Made by a program: the position numbers and the translations under genes. Shown here one piece after another: positions 7,689-16,116 of a DNA stretch of 64,000 bases. The notes below the pieces were generated by a model, which saw nothing but the letters and a program-made list of their open reading frames with translations, did not search any database and had not been told where the DNA came from. Within the stretch, counting starts at the first letter, position 1, and each line of letters begins with the position of its first letter. Origin of the DNA: a virus; IMG/VR virus record IMGVR_UViG_3300038393_002515. One strand, given 5' to 3'.

Positions 7689-7827
7689 CCCGCCCGGGTG
7701 CATACTGGTCTCACTTCGGCCTCACGGCCGGAGCAGACCCTGACTCCGTACAGCTCGTGCGGTGCCTGCAGACTCTGCCGCCGCGCAAGCTGAGGGTCGA
7801 CTGCGTCACAAGGAGATACCCCCGAAG

Positions 7828-7869
7828 CAAGAGGCCCTCACCAGCCGTCCCGCCGGTGAGGGCCTCTTG
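7828..7869. terminator. terminator hairpin downstream of 7898..8383
   Basis: 15-bp stem CAAGAGGCCCTCACC / GGTGAGGGCCTCTTG. Confidence 0.65.
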
Positions 7870-7897
7870 TCGTGCCGGATCGAGCGGGATGAGAACG

Positions 7898-8383
7898 TCA
7901 GTCCTCGTCGAAGACGTCGCCGGACTCCTCGGCGGCCATCCGGTCCAGCTGCTCCTCGAAGGCCTGCTGGATAGGGCCCATGCGCGGCTCGACCGGCACA
8001 CCGGTGCGGGCCTCCTCGGCCTCGGCCTCCAGAATCATCTGGTGGCGCTCCTCCAGCAGGGCACGCCACAGAGCCACGGAGCCGTTCTGGACCTTGTAGC
8101 GATGCCCCTGGTACTCCGCCTGGAAGGCGCCGAGGTGGGCCTTCATCGGGCCCGTGAACTTCACCGACGCCTTCGTCACGACGGACAGCCTGGTGCCCAT
8201 CCGGCCGCCCGGCGCCAGCATGAAGTTGAGCTGGGGCTTGGACGGCGCCGACGGCTCCGGCTCCGGGGTGGGGTCGGGGACGGCCTGCAGCACCCGCTCG
8301 GGGGGCTGCTCCTGCTCGGTCCGGGCAGCGGCCTGTGCCGCCGCACGCCGTGCTGCCCGCGCGGGACTCTGCTTCTTACCCAT
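7898..8383 (-). CDS. hypothetical protein (downstream of int, same strand)
   Basis: ATG 8383 after GGGAGG; basic N-terminus and acidic C-terminus. Confidence 0.6.
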   Translation of the reverse strand: MGKKQSPARAARRAAAQAAARTEQEQPPERVLQAVPDPTPEPEPSAPSKPQLNFMLAPGGRMGTRLSVVTKASVKFTGPMKAHLGAFQAEYQGHRYKVQNGSVALWRALLEERHQMILEAEAEEARTGVPVEPRMGPIQQAFEEQLDRMAAEESGDVFDED

Positions 8384-8414
8384 GACGACCTCCCACGGTG
8401 ATAGGCACCCAGTC

Positions 8415-8450
8415 TAACCGCATCAACGGACATGCGGTTATGCGGTTTTT
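8415..8450. repeat. hairpin plus tandem ATGCGGTT duplication at int 3' end
   Basis: TAACCGCAT-caacggac-ATGCGGTTA-TGCGGTTTTT; overlaps the int stop codon (8438-8440). Confidence 0.7.
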
Positions 8451-9403
8451 CCTTGATCGGGCGTCGCCAGGAACTTCGCCAGGTCGTACACCGGCGACTC
8501 GTCCAGGTCACCCCGGGACAGGTCGTAGCGGGTCGTGGTGCGTGGGTCGGCGTGGCCGAGGAAGCGCTGGACCTTCCGCAGCGGCACCTTGGCGTCCAGC
8601 ATCAGCGTGGCGCAGGTGTGTCGCAGGCCATGCGGGGAGATCCGTGTGACCCGGGCGGCCCGGCAGGAGCGGGAGACGATGACGGCGATGCGCCGGTTGG
8701 TCAGCCGGGCGCCGTCGGCGCACAGGATCAGCGGGTCCTCGGGCTGGCGGTGGGGCCGCATCGCGAGGTGGGCGTCGAGCGCCTTCGCCGCGTCCGGCGG
8801 CACCACGAGCGTCTGCTTCTTCGTCCGCTTGCGGGTGACCTGCAGCGTGCGGTGGCCGCGCTCGCCGTCGTAGTGCTGCACGTTGGCGCTCTCCAGCTCG
8901 GCCGAGCGCAGCCCCATGCCCAGCAGCACCTCGCAGACGGCCGAGTCCACCGCCCCGTACTCCCGGGCCATCTTGCGGAAGGCGCGGGCTTGCGCCCTGT
9001 CCAGGCCGAGCGTCTGCGACTCCTCGGAGACCTCGACGCGGTGCTTGCGCCGGTACGGCGAGCGCCGGATCTCGTACGCCTGCTCGTACTCGTCCAGGCC
9101 GAACTCGTACCAGCCGCTCATGGCGCTGAGCGCCTGGTTCACCGAGGACGGGGCGAACACCTCCTGCAGGTCGGCCGACCACTGCGCGGAGTGTTCACGG
9201 CGGGCCGCCAGCGGGGAGACCCCGTTGTCGAGCGTCCAGTCGAACCACGCCTCGATGCACCGCTTGTAGGCAGCGCGAGTGTGGGCGTTGCGGTGCTCCA
9301 GCAGCCACTGCCGCTCGATCTCCCCGCACACCCGGCGGATGTACGCCTCGTTCTCGTCCAGCTGCAGCGCGCCCGCCGGGGCGACGACCAGGTCAGTGGT
9401 CAT
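8438..9403 (-). CDS. int: tyrosine integrase / site-specific recombinase
   Basis: MGLRSAEL (Arg I), SPHGLRHTCAT (HxxR), LGHADPRTTTRYD (His/Tyr). ATG 9403 is in frame; the longer ORF-track N-terminus is Arg/Pro junk. Confidence 0.85.
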   Translation of the reverse strand: MTTDLVVAPAGALQLDENEAYIRRVCGEIERQWLLEHRNAHTRAAYKRCIEAWFDWTLDNGVSPLAARREHSAQWSADLQEVFAPSSVNQALSAMSGWYEFGLDEYEQAYEIRRSPYRRKHRVEVSEESQTLGLDRAQARAFRKMAREYGAVDSAVCEVLLGMGLRSAELESANVQHYDGERGHRTLQVTRKRTKKQTLVVPPDAAKALDAHLAMRPHRQPEDPLILCADGARLTNRRIAVIVSRSCRAARVTRISPHGLRHTCATLMLDAKVPLRKVQRFLGHADPRTTTRYDLSRGDLDESPVYDLAKFLATPDQGKTA

Positions 9404-9795
9404 GACGTGATCTTGCCGTACCTCTCCTCGATCTCGGCCTTGCACGGCCTGCAGGTGCTGTGCCCGTACGTCCAGGCCGTCTTGTCGAACTGGTCGCGGT
9501 CGAGCCAGCGGAAGCACGAGCCGCACAGCTCCTGGCCCTCCGTGGGCGGGCCCGAGTGCAGGCGCCAGCCGGTCTTGCGCTCCTTGCCCTGCTTGGTGGT
9601 GCCGGACTCGTGCAGGTTGCGGCGGGCGATCCAGCGGAAGCCGCCCAGGCGCTGGCCGCCGGACGGGTCCCAGACCTTGATCCTGTCGCCGTCCACGCTC
9701 CACACGACGAACGGCTTGTGGCGCGTCTCCCCCCAGAGGTAGTCCGTCTTGCACGGCACGTACGTCTGTTCCGGCAGCACCTCGAAGTCACTCAC
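9400..9795 (-). CDS. Cys-rich hypothetical protein translationally coupled to int (candidate directionality factor)
   Basis: GTG 9795 after AAGGGGGA. Its TGA overlaps the int ATG (ATGA, 9400-9403). CGSC...CRPC pairs. Confidence 0.55.
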   Translation of the reverse strand: MSDFEVLPEQTYVPCKTDYLWGETRHKPFVVWSVDGDRIKVWDPSGGQRLGGFRWIARRNLHESGTTKQGKERKTGWRLHSGPPTEGQELCGSCFRWLDRDQFDKTAWTYGHSTCRPCKAEIEERYGKITS

Positions 9796-10154
9796 GAGTC
9801 CCCCTTGGTCAGCTTGGCCACGGTGGCCTCCAGGTTGGCGATGCGCTGCTGCTGATAGACGAGCAGGCTGGCGAGGCGCTCGATGGCGTCGCTCTGGATC
9901 TCCCGGTAGTCGCCGGGGTCGTCCGGCGTGACGGCGTCGCACAACGCGGAGTTGACGTCCTGGGCGGTCACGGAGCCGACTCGGGTGCGTGCGGCGCACC
10001 ACTCGCCGACGGGCTCTCCGTTCCAGGCGTCGACACCGATGGCGGGTTCGTCGCCGCAGTAGCAGATGTTCGTGTTGGCGGTCACGGAGAGATTTTTACA
10101 TACCCCCCGAGGGTTCGCGTCGATAATGCCAGTTATCGACGCGTAGATGATCAA
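9792..10154 (-). CDS. hypothetical protein, start uncertain
   Basis: The stop overlaps the next GTG (GTGA). The only upstream in-frame start is TTG 10154, directly abutting a terminator T-run, and the first ~20 codons are AT-rich and contain a 9-bp palindrome. Confidence 0.4.
   Translation of the reverse strand: MIIYASITGIIDANPRGVCKNLSVTANTNICYCGDEPAIGVDAWNGEPVGEWCAARTRVGSVTAQDVNSALCDAVTPDDPGDYREIQSDAIERLASLLVYQQQRIANLEATVAKLTKGDS
10118..10141. repeat. 9-bp-arm palindrome in AT-rich patch at head of int operon
   Basis: CGTCGATAA-tgccag-TTATCGACG. Confidence 0.6.
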
Positions 10155-10160
10155 GAAAAA

Positions 10161-10180
10161 GGCCCCGCCGTCGCGGGGCC
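10161..10180 (-). terminator. intrinsic terminator after 10185..10673
   Basis: GGCCCCGC-cgtc-GCGGGGCC followed by TTTTT on the minus strand. Confidence 0.7.
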
Positions 10181-10184
10181 AGAC

Positions 10185-10673
10185 TCAGGGGCGCTCGTCC
10201 GGCTCCAGGAAGAGGCCGGTGTGAGCCACCGGCGCGCGGCGCGACTCCTCCGGCGCGGGAGGTTGGTGCTGCTGCGTCCCGTCGTCCTTGGCGTTGCGCT
10301 GGATGTTCCTGACGGCGATCCAGGTCCGGGAGATCGAGGTGGTGCGGTACCTGGTGATTCTCGTGGAGTCGAGATTCAGCAGGACGCCGTACCGGCCGAT
10401 CCGGCGGGGCGCTTCCAGGCGGAGTTGCGGCAGCTCACGGTGCTGGTAGACCCGGCCCGCCACGGCGCTGTAGGTGAGCAGCTCCACAAGGTGCTGGGCG
10501 GCCAGGTCCTCCGAGACGCCGTGGATGCGACTGTAGGTCTGCGCGGTCGCGGGAGAGACGTTTACCAGGCGGCCGAGGGCGGCGGCCTCCTCCGAGGTGA
10601 AGCCGTTCGTTTCCGCCCAGTCGGGATGGTTCGGCTTGAACCAACTCTCGTTCGTGCGCCCCCTGTCAGTCAT
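10185..10673 (-). CDS. hypothetical protein
   Basis: ATG 10673; followed by hairpin 10161-10180 plus a T-run. Confidence 0.55.
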   Translation of the reverse strand: MTDRGRTNESWFKPNHPDWAETNGFTSEEAAALGRLVNVSPATAQTYSRIHGVSEDLAAQHLVELLTYSAVAGRVYQHRELPQLRLEAPRRIGRYGVLLNLDSTRITRYRTTSISRTWIAVRNIQRNAKDDGTQQHQPPAPEESRRAPVAHTGLFLEPDERP

Positions 10674-10773
10674 GACGGCAGCGTACCGTCGCCGCGTCCT
10701 ACCGCGCTGTGGCTCTTACGGAGTCGACAGGAGGGGTAACGGAGGTAACCGCACCTATCGCGGCCCGGCAGGG

Positions 10774-11049
10774 CTATCCACCCTGCGCGTAGGCGCGCGC
10801 CTCGTCGTACTCGGCGGCGCAGAGGGCGCAGTCGTCGGTCAGCTCGGCGTGGCCGTGCTGCCAGCGTGCCTGGATGAAGAAGTACCGGCGCGAGGGACCG
10901 TAGGGGCCTGTCGGATCTGCGCCACGCCCGAGGACGCACCTGGCGTCCTGGCAAGCGTGGTCGTCGATGAGCGGTGCATAGATCAGGGGTGTGCCGTGGA
11001 TGGGGCACACGCAGGTCTCGTCGCACCGGTGCGGCATGGTGGCGGCCAT
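10774..11049 (-). CDS. Cys/His-rich hypothetical protein
   Basis: ATG 11049 (MAATMPHRCDETCVCPIHG...). The upstream extension of ORF 10774..11367 has lower GC3. Confidence 0.45.
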   Translation of the reverse strand: MAATMPHRCDETCVCPIHGTPLIYAPLIDDHACQDARCVLGRGADPTGPYGPSRRYFFIQARWQHGHAELTDDCALCAAEYDEARAYAQGG

Positions 11050-11279
11050 GGGGGAAGCGTACGGCCCTCCCGGGCGCCGTGCGGCGCCGCACCCCTCGGC
11101 ATAGTCGCGCCACCCGCGCGCCTCGAACGCAGGTTCGATAACGTGGGGCGCGGACCGAGAGGAGGTGTCCGAGCCGTCCGAGCGCAGGATCGCTCTCACA
11201 GAACTGTGTCGACGTCGAGAAGTTGAACATCGCTCACATCGCTCAACATACGTGCTGCCTGCACGAACGTTGCACCCAC

Positions 11280-11294
11280 CCCCTTGATGGGGTA
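11280..11294 (+). repeat. 15-bp direct repeat, left copy
   Basis: CCCCTTGATGGGGTA. Confidence 0.8.
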
Positions 11295-11424
11295 GGTTCG
11301 CGATTGCCTCGACATTCAACAATTTCGCCTTGATGTGATGTCGTTCAGTACCCGCCACCAGGCGCATTCACATCGGGCAAAGAAGGCATTAGTGCGCATG
11401 TAACGATACGAGAAAAGGCAGGCC

Positions 11425-11895
11425 ATGAGTGGGGAGTCCACTGCCGATAGCGACCCGGAATCCCGCCCCGAGTCCTTTCGGCTTGAACACCGCAACCGCA
11501 AAATGCCAAAACGCGCGTATCTCATGGGAATAGGGGGCCTGGTGCTCGGCCTTTTTGCCGGGTTCTCCATAGCCTCCCAGTCCGTACCTCCTGCGCCGCT
11601 GCCCTCGGTCGCGCCGCACACCCTGCAGACGCCTACGGCCTGGACCATCCCGGGGGAGGGCGAGTTCCTCGTCGGCGCGGACAGCCTGGCCGACGTCCGC
11701 CCCGGCCTGTACCGCTCGTCGCGCAACACCGAGCGGTGCATGTGGCAGCGGGAGAAGGACGCCACCGGCGAACATGTCATCGCCAGTGACAGTGCCGAAG
11801 GCATCACCTATGTCGAGCTGCACGCCGGTGAGTTCTTCGACACGTCGAGCTGCACCACCTGGCATCGCGTCGACGGCCCTGGGGCGCCCAGGTGA
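11425..11895 (+). CDS. membrane-anchored hypothetical protein (direct-repeat-flanked cassette)
   Basis: ATG 11425 after AAAAGGCAGG; one TM helix (LMGIGGLVLGLFAGFSIA); lower-GC leader. Confidence 0.6.
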   Translation: MSGESTADSDPESRPESFRLEHRNRKMPKRAYLMGIGGLVLGLFAGFSIASQSVPPAPLPSVAPHTLQTPTAWTIPGEGEFLVGADSLADVRPGLYRSSRNTERCMWQREKDATGEHVIASDSAEGITYVELHAGEFFDTSSCTTWHRVDGPGAPR

Positions 11896-11901
11896 CGGAG
11901 A

Positions 11902-11916
11902 CCCCTTGATGGGGTA
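11902..11916 (+). repeat. 15-bp direct repeat, right copy
   Basis: CCCCTTGATGGGGTA, 7 nt after the stop of 11425..11895. Confidence 0.8.
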
Positions 11917-11927
11917 CTAAATACAGG

Positions 11928-11962
11928 CGAGGCCCCGCCGAACTTTCCTCGGCGGGGCCTCG
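11928..11962. terminator. bidirectional terminator hairpin
   Basis: 14-bp stem CGAGGCCCCGCCGA / TCGGCGGGGCCTCG between convergent genes. Confidence 0.65.
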
Positions 11963-11979
11963 CTGTGTCTGAGGGAAGA

Positions 11980-12210
11980 TCAGACGGTCAGGCCGTCGAC
12001 GAACGCCGCCCAGGCCTCGGGCCGGAAGGCGAGAATGCGGGCGTCGGCGGAGTCCTGCTTGCTGTCGTAGACGCCGACGGCGGCCACGGCACCCGTGGTG
12101 TCCTGCTGGATTCCCTGGAAAACGCAGTTCTCGCCCGAACCGCTCTCGCTCGACTTGTGCCAGCCGGTGAACTGCTCCTTCGTGTACTGCATGGACTGCG
12201 TTCCTTTCAT
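11980..12210 (-). CDS. DUF397 domain protein (BldB-like)
   Basis: WHKSSESGSGENCV...VYDSKQ...ILAFRPEAWAAFV matches the DUF397 pattern. ATG 12210 lies 13 nt after the HTH gene stop. Confidence 0.75.
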   Translation of the reverse strand: MKGTQSMQYTKEQFTGWHKSSESGSGENCVFQGIQQDTTGAVAAVGVYDSKQDSADARILAFRPEAWAAFVDGLTV

Positions 12211-12223
12211 CGGTTTCCCCGGC

Positions 12224-13090
12224 TCACAAGCGGCTGAGGAAGTTGTGGAGGTACCGGCGGGAATCCGGTACCGACAGGGCTTGGCTCTGCAGCCTGTCAT
12301 AACGGGCACGGTACATGGAAACCTGCTCTTCGTCCTCGAAGAACGTTCCGTCTCCGTACCCCTCACGAAACGTCAACTCCACGTCAACTACGGTCAGTAG
12401 AGTGAAGGATCCAGACATCCCGGCGTGCAGGCCCGAGGCCAGAGGGAGGATCTGGATGCTGGCCCTCGTCTCTCCCAGGTTGAGCAGGTGTTGGATCTGT
12501 TCGCGATGCGCCTCGACGTCCCCCTCGGCAGGGGGCGTCAGGACCGCAGCCTCTCCTATGATCGCCCACACCTGCGGCGGGTGTTCGGTCTGCAGCAACT
12601 TCTTGCGCGTCTCACGCAGCGCCAAGTGCCCCTCGATCACCCCCGGATCCACCAGCGGCTGGCCCGGCTGGGCCAGATTGCCCCTGCGGATGGCCTCCTC
12701 GGAGGTTCGCGCCGTCTGCAGGAGGCCGGGGATGACGTACGGCTCCCAGGTACGCAGGGCGGTCGCCATGCTCTCCGCGTCGGCATAGTCGGTGTAGGTG
12801 GGCCCGAGACGGCTGGCCACACCAAGCGGAGCGCGCTCCTTGGCCCGGGTCGCCCACTCCTCCATGCGCTCGATCTGCCGGGAGTCGCTGATCCCGTAGA
12901 TACGGCAGTAGGCGCCGATCATGCCCTTCTTGACGGCCGTGTGACCGGACTCGTTCCGGTAGATCGTCGGCACAGACAGGCCGATCTTGTCGGCGACCTC
13001 CTTGGCTGTAAGTCCGGCCTCGTCACGGGCCAGCTTGAGCATGCGCCCGAGGATGCGTCTGCGGATGGTAGGCAGCGATCCGTACGCCAC
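12224..13090 (-). CDS. XRE-family HTH regulator with DUF5753 C-domain (WhiJ/Scr1-like)
   Basis: LKLARDEAGLTAKEVADKIGLSVPTIYRNESG HTH plus a long C-domain. GTG 13090 after GAGGGGAGGA. Confidence 0.75.
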   Translation of the reverse strand: MAYGSLPTIRRRILGRMLKLARDEAGLTAKEVADKIGLSVPTIYRNESGHTAVKKGMIGAYCRIYGISDSRQIERMEEWATRAKERAPLGVASRLGPTYTDYADAESMATALRTWEPYVIPGLLQTARTSEEAIRRGNLAQPGQPLVDPGVIEGHLALRETRKKLLQTEHPPQVWAIIGEAAVLTPPAEGDVEAHREQIQHLLNLGETRASIQILPLASGLHAGMSGSFTLLTVVDVELTFREGYGDGTFFEDEEQVSMYRARYDRLQSQALSVPDSRRYLHNFLSRL

Positions 13091-13294
13091 GAGCCTGTCC
13101 TCCCCTCGTCGGTCAGTGCGGCAAGTCTGCACCCCCGTCAGGCTCTTAGACCAGTCACCCGCATGTGCACATTCTCATTCTGAGGACTTGCAGAACGAGA
13201 GATCTTCCGCCACGGTGGGTGACAACCCGCTTGCGCCAGGTACCGCATCGGTGTGAGCAGGCCTCACCTGCCCATCCTGCAACGGGAGTTACAC

Positions 13295-13774
13295 ATGCAC
13301 TCCCAGACTCGCCAGGGTCCGCCAACCCTGGGTCTGCTTGGGAACATCCGCTACACCCGCGCCTATTCGAAGGAACTGGCGAGCGTGCCTCTCGCTCGTG
13401 CGCGGTTCCACGAGGCCGCCGACGACAGCAAGCTCGACCACGAGATCGCCGAGAAGGCCGTGCTGTGCCTGTCCGAGCTGGCCGGTAACGCCGTCAGACA
13501 CGCCCACGACCCGCGCAAGATCCGCCGGTTCCTCGTCGAGTCCACGATCCGCCCGATACGCCGCCGCTTCACCCTGGAGGTCAGCGTTTGGGACATCGAC
13601 CTCTGCCACATCCCCCCTCTGCCGGACCCCGCCACGGCCGCCGCGCGGCTCTTCTCCATGGACGAGGACGCCATGAGCGGGCGAGGGCTGCTGTTCGCCG
13701 CCTCCCTGTCCGACGGCATCGGCATCGACCGTGGCCCCCACGGCAAACGAGTCTGGTGCCGCTGGCACCTCTGA
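13295..13774 (+). CDS. HATPase_c_2 anti-sigma-factor-type Ser kinase-like ATP-binding protein
   Basis: LSELAGNAVRHA N-box and GRGLLF G-box; divergent from the WhiJ-like gene, which is the classic triad arrangement. Confidence 0.7.
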   Translation: MHSQTRQGPPTLGLLGNIRYTRAYSKELASVPLARARFHEAADDSKLDHEIAEKAVLCLSELAGNAVRHAHDPRKIRRFLVESTIRPIRRRFTLEVSVWDIDLCHIPPLPDPATAAARLFSMDEDAMSGRGLLFAASLSDGIGIDRGPHGKRVWCRWHL

Positions 13775-13802
13775 CCCCGCGCCCGGCGCGACGCCCCCAC
13801 CC

Positions 13803-13834
13803 TTGACGCACGCATCTATAGATGCGTTAGGGTG
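13803..13834 (+). promoter_or_regulatory. conserved promoter-operator element, copy 2
   Basis: TTGACG-c-ACGCATCTATAGATGCGT-TAGGGTG (perfect 18-bp palindrome). Confidence 0.65.
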
Positions 13835-13954
13835 GGGGCGTTGTCGTCGGAGCTGTTTCCAACTCGCGCCATCCACCGCCATGGAGCCGCGCGTAGCGTG
13901 AACACCCGACCGAGCAAGGGCCCGCCAGCCCTTCACCGTCAGGAGTCCCCCGCC

Positions 13955-14491
13955 ATGGACACCATCTCCCTGGAGCAGTTCGTCACCGGCCTCGATTCCG
14001 GCATCGCGGAACGGGTCACTGCCGAGGAGCTCACGCCCGGCTGTGTCATCGCCACCGGCTCGTGGAGGCGGCACGTCGTCGTCGAGCAGCCCCGGCGCCT
14101 GAACAGCCACACCGCGACGCTCGTCCTGCCCGTGCGCCACCTCGGCGGCGGACACACCTGCCTGCCGTACCTGCCCGGCGGCGCCAGCGTGATGCGCATC
14201 TACCGCACCCGCCTGCCGGAGTCCCTGCTGGCCGACGTGCCCTACGTCCCGCCGTGCGTGATCCCCGACGAACCCGCCGTCGGCGACCGTGTCGTGATGA
14301 ACTGGCGCACCGAGGGCCGCCCCTACGTCCACGAGTGGGACGGCGAACACTGGTGCTCGCCCGCCGTCGCCGAGGACGGGCACCCCCAGGTCGCGCGGTA
14401 CTCCACCCACGCGGTGCGCGCCTTCGTGCGGCTGGCGGACACGCCCATCCAGTACGGATGGTACGTCTACGAGCCCGCACAAACGGCCTGA
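13955..14491 (+). CDS. hypothetical protein
   Basis: CAGGAG-N9-ATG 13955; 122-nt leader behind promoter copy 2. Confidence 0.6.
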   Translation: MDTISLEQFVTGLDSGIAERVTAEELTPGCVIATGSWRRHVVVEQPRRLNSHTATLVLPVRHLGGGHTCLPYLPGGASVMRIYRTRLPESLLADVPYVPPCVIPDEPAVGDRVVMNWRTEGRPYVHEWDGEHWCSPAVAEDGHPQVARYSTHAVRAFVRLADTPIQYGWYVYEPAQTA

Positions 14492-14522
14492 CCTGCACGT
14501 TCGGCGGACCTTGCCCAACGGA

Positions 14523-14554
14523 TTGACACACGCATCTATGGATGCGTTAGGGTG
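14523..14554 (+). promoter_or_regulatory. conserved promoter-operator element, copy 3
   Basis: TTGACA-c-ACGCATCTATGGATGCGT-TAGGGTG. Confidence 0.65.
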
Positions 14555-14602
14555 GGATCCGTTGAGAGCAAGGCCCGCCCTTCCCGCCACCAGGAGAACA
14601 CC

Positions 14603-14818
14603 ATGAGCATCGCCGAGGGCGCCACGCCCGACCCGGCCACCATCCTCGCCGAGGTCATCAGCGCGTCGATGGAGTTCGAGACCGACCTGAACAGCGAGCG
14701 CTGCCGCACGGCGCACCACATCGCCATCGGCTTCGCCGACGCCTTGATGGTCCACCGCCCCGACTTCGACCGCGCCGCCTTCAGGGAGGCCTGCAAGCCC
14801 TCTTGGATGAACAAGTGA
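14603..14818 (+). CDS. hypothetical protein
   Basis: CAGGAGAACACC-ATG; behind promoter copy 3. Confidence 0.6.
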   Translation: MSIAEGATPDPATILAEVISASMEFETDLNSERCRTAHHIAIGFADALMVHRPDFDRAAFREACKPSWMNK

Positions 14819-15381
14819 TCGCCCGCAAGCTGCCGCCGCCGATCAAGCCGCGCACGCTGGTCCGGCGCAAGAACCCGATCCACGGCTACGACTACTCCAC
14901 CAACGACGGCCGGTACGAGATCTACCCGATCTACAAGGACCGCCGGTACAGCGGCCGGTCCAACGTCGTCGACTCCTGGGGGATCAGGGACCTGCACAGC
15001 GGCGAGAAGCGCGCCACGTACTACCCCCGGCTGGAGGACATCCGGCTGTACTACTGCACGCCGGTCAACGAGATGCCGTGGATCGTGCACGACGTGGACG
15101 ACGGCGTGCTGCGGGTGGAGCCGACCCGGAAGGCCGCCATCGCCTGGGCCTCCTCGCTCGCCGAGGCCACCAAGGTCCTGGAGCGCCACCGGTACGCCAG
15201 CGGCGGCTATGAGTACGTCTTCGGCGACTCCGACGGCGACGTCTGCGGCAACTACAACATCGTCCGCGCCGACCTCGCCTACATCGCCCACATCGACGCC
15301 ACGCAGCAGCCGCTGTACCCCTTCCCCGACGACCCGTTCGAGCAGGTCGACCGGCCCGCCCCGAAGACGGCCACCGCGTGA
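14815..15381 (+). CDS. hypothetical protein
   Basis: GTG 14815 overlaps the upstream TGA (GTGA); high GC3. Confidence 0.6.
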   Translation: MIARKLPPPIKPRTLVRRKNPIHGYDYSTNDGRYEIYPIYKDRRYSGRSNVVDSWGIRDLHSGEKRATYYPRLEDIRLYYCTPVNEMPWIVHDVDDGVLRVEPTRKAAIAWASSLAEATKVLERHRYASGGYEYVFGDSDGDVCGNYNIVRADLAYIAHIDATQQPLYPFPDDPFEQVDRPAPKTATA

Positions 15382-15629
15382 CCGGCGAGACCTGCGGCGC
15401 GGAGCACCCCGAGCAGCCCGGCACCACGTGCGACCGCAAGCCACACCACAACGTCGGCTTCCACCGCGACAGCCGCACCGGCACCGTCTGGGAGGCCGAC
15501 CCGCTGCCCGTCGTCGAGGGCAGCGGCCGGGCCGCCCTCGCCGCCATCGCCGCCCGCACCACCCGACACCACCACACCGGCCCCGCCACCGGGGCCGTCA
15601 ACACCTGGAAGGACCGCCATGGGGACTGA
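15378..15629 (+). CDS. hypothetical His-rich protein
   Basis: GTGA overlap at 15378-15381. Confidence 0.55.
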   Translation: MTGETCGAEHPEQPGTTCDRKPHHNVGFHRDSRTGTVWEADPLPVVEGSGRAALAAIAARTTRHHHTGPATGAVNTWKDRHGD

Positions 15630-16116
15630 CCCCGCCCGCCTGAAGATCACCGTCACCCGCGACGACGTACTGAAGGGCCTGGAGAAGCACGCCAGCAACC
15701 TCAGCACCATCGCCGACATCGCGCGCGCCGTCGTCGCCGGTGTCCACGGGGTCGAAGGCGTCTGGGACGGCAAGACCGCCCTGTCTTACGTCCATCAGGC
15801 CGACCTCAAGCGGCTGCTGGCCGACATGGTCGCCGACGGCTCCCTGATCCTGCGTCCGGGCCCCGAGTGGGTCGAGCGTGGCGCGCCCACGTGGAACATC
15901 CGCAAGGGCGGCCACTACTACGCCTTGCCGCAGGAGGCCCGCCAGTGGCAGGAGGCGGCCGACCAGAGGCGCGCCCAGGCCCGCCAGGAGACGGCCGAGC
16001 GGCTCGCCCGGAACAAGCTGGTCGAGCTGCACCCGCGCCAGTACGCGGACCTGGTGAACGAGTACCTCGCCGCGTACGACCGCGTCGGCGCCCAGGAGAC
16101 GGAGCCCCTCGCGTGA
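15619..16116 (+). CDS. hypothetical protein
   Basis: ATG 15619 after GGAAGGA; 11-nt overlap with the upstream gene. Confidence 0.6.
   Translation: MGTDPARLKITVTRDDVLKGLEKHASNLSTIADIARAVVAGVHGVEGVWDGKTALSYVHQADLKRLLADMVADGSLILRPGPEWVERGAPTWNIRKGGHYYALPQEARQWQEAADQRRAQARQETAERLARNKLVELHPRQYADLVNEYLAAYDRVGAQETEPLA

Noticed and set aside
8438-9754. Full-length 438-aa version of the integrase ORF.
   Set aside because: The first ~117 residues are Arg/Pro/Gly junk and overlap a better-supported upstream gene. ATG 9403 forms an ATGA overlap with that gene and starts a normal integrase N-domain.
13881-13901. Six-codon upstream ORF (ATGGAGCCGCGCGTAGCGTGA) in the 122-nt leader behind promoter copy 2.
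   Set aside because: It has no SD and occurs only once. It cannot be distinguished from chance without ribosome profiling.
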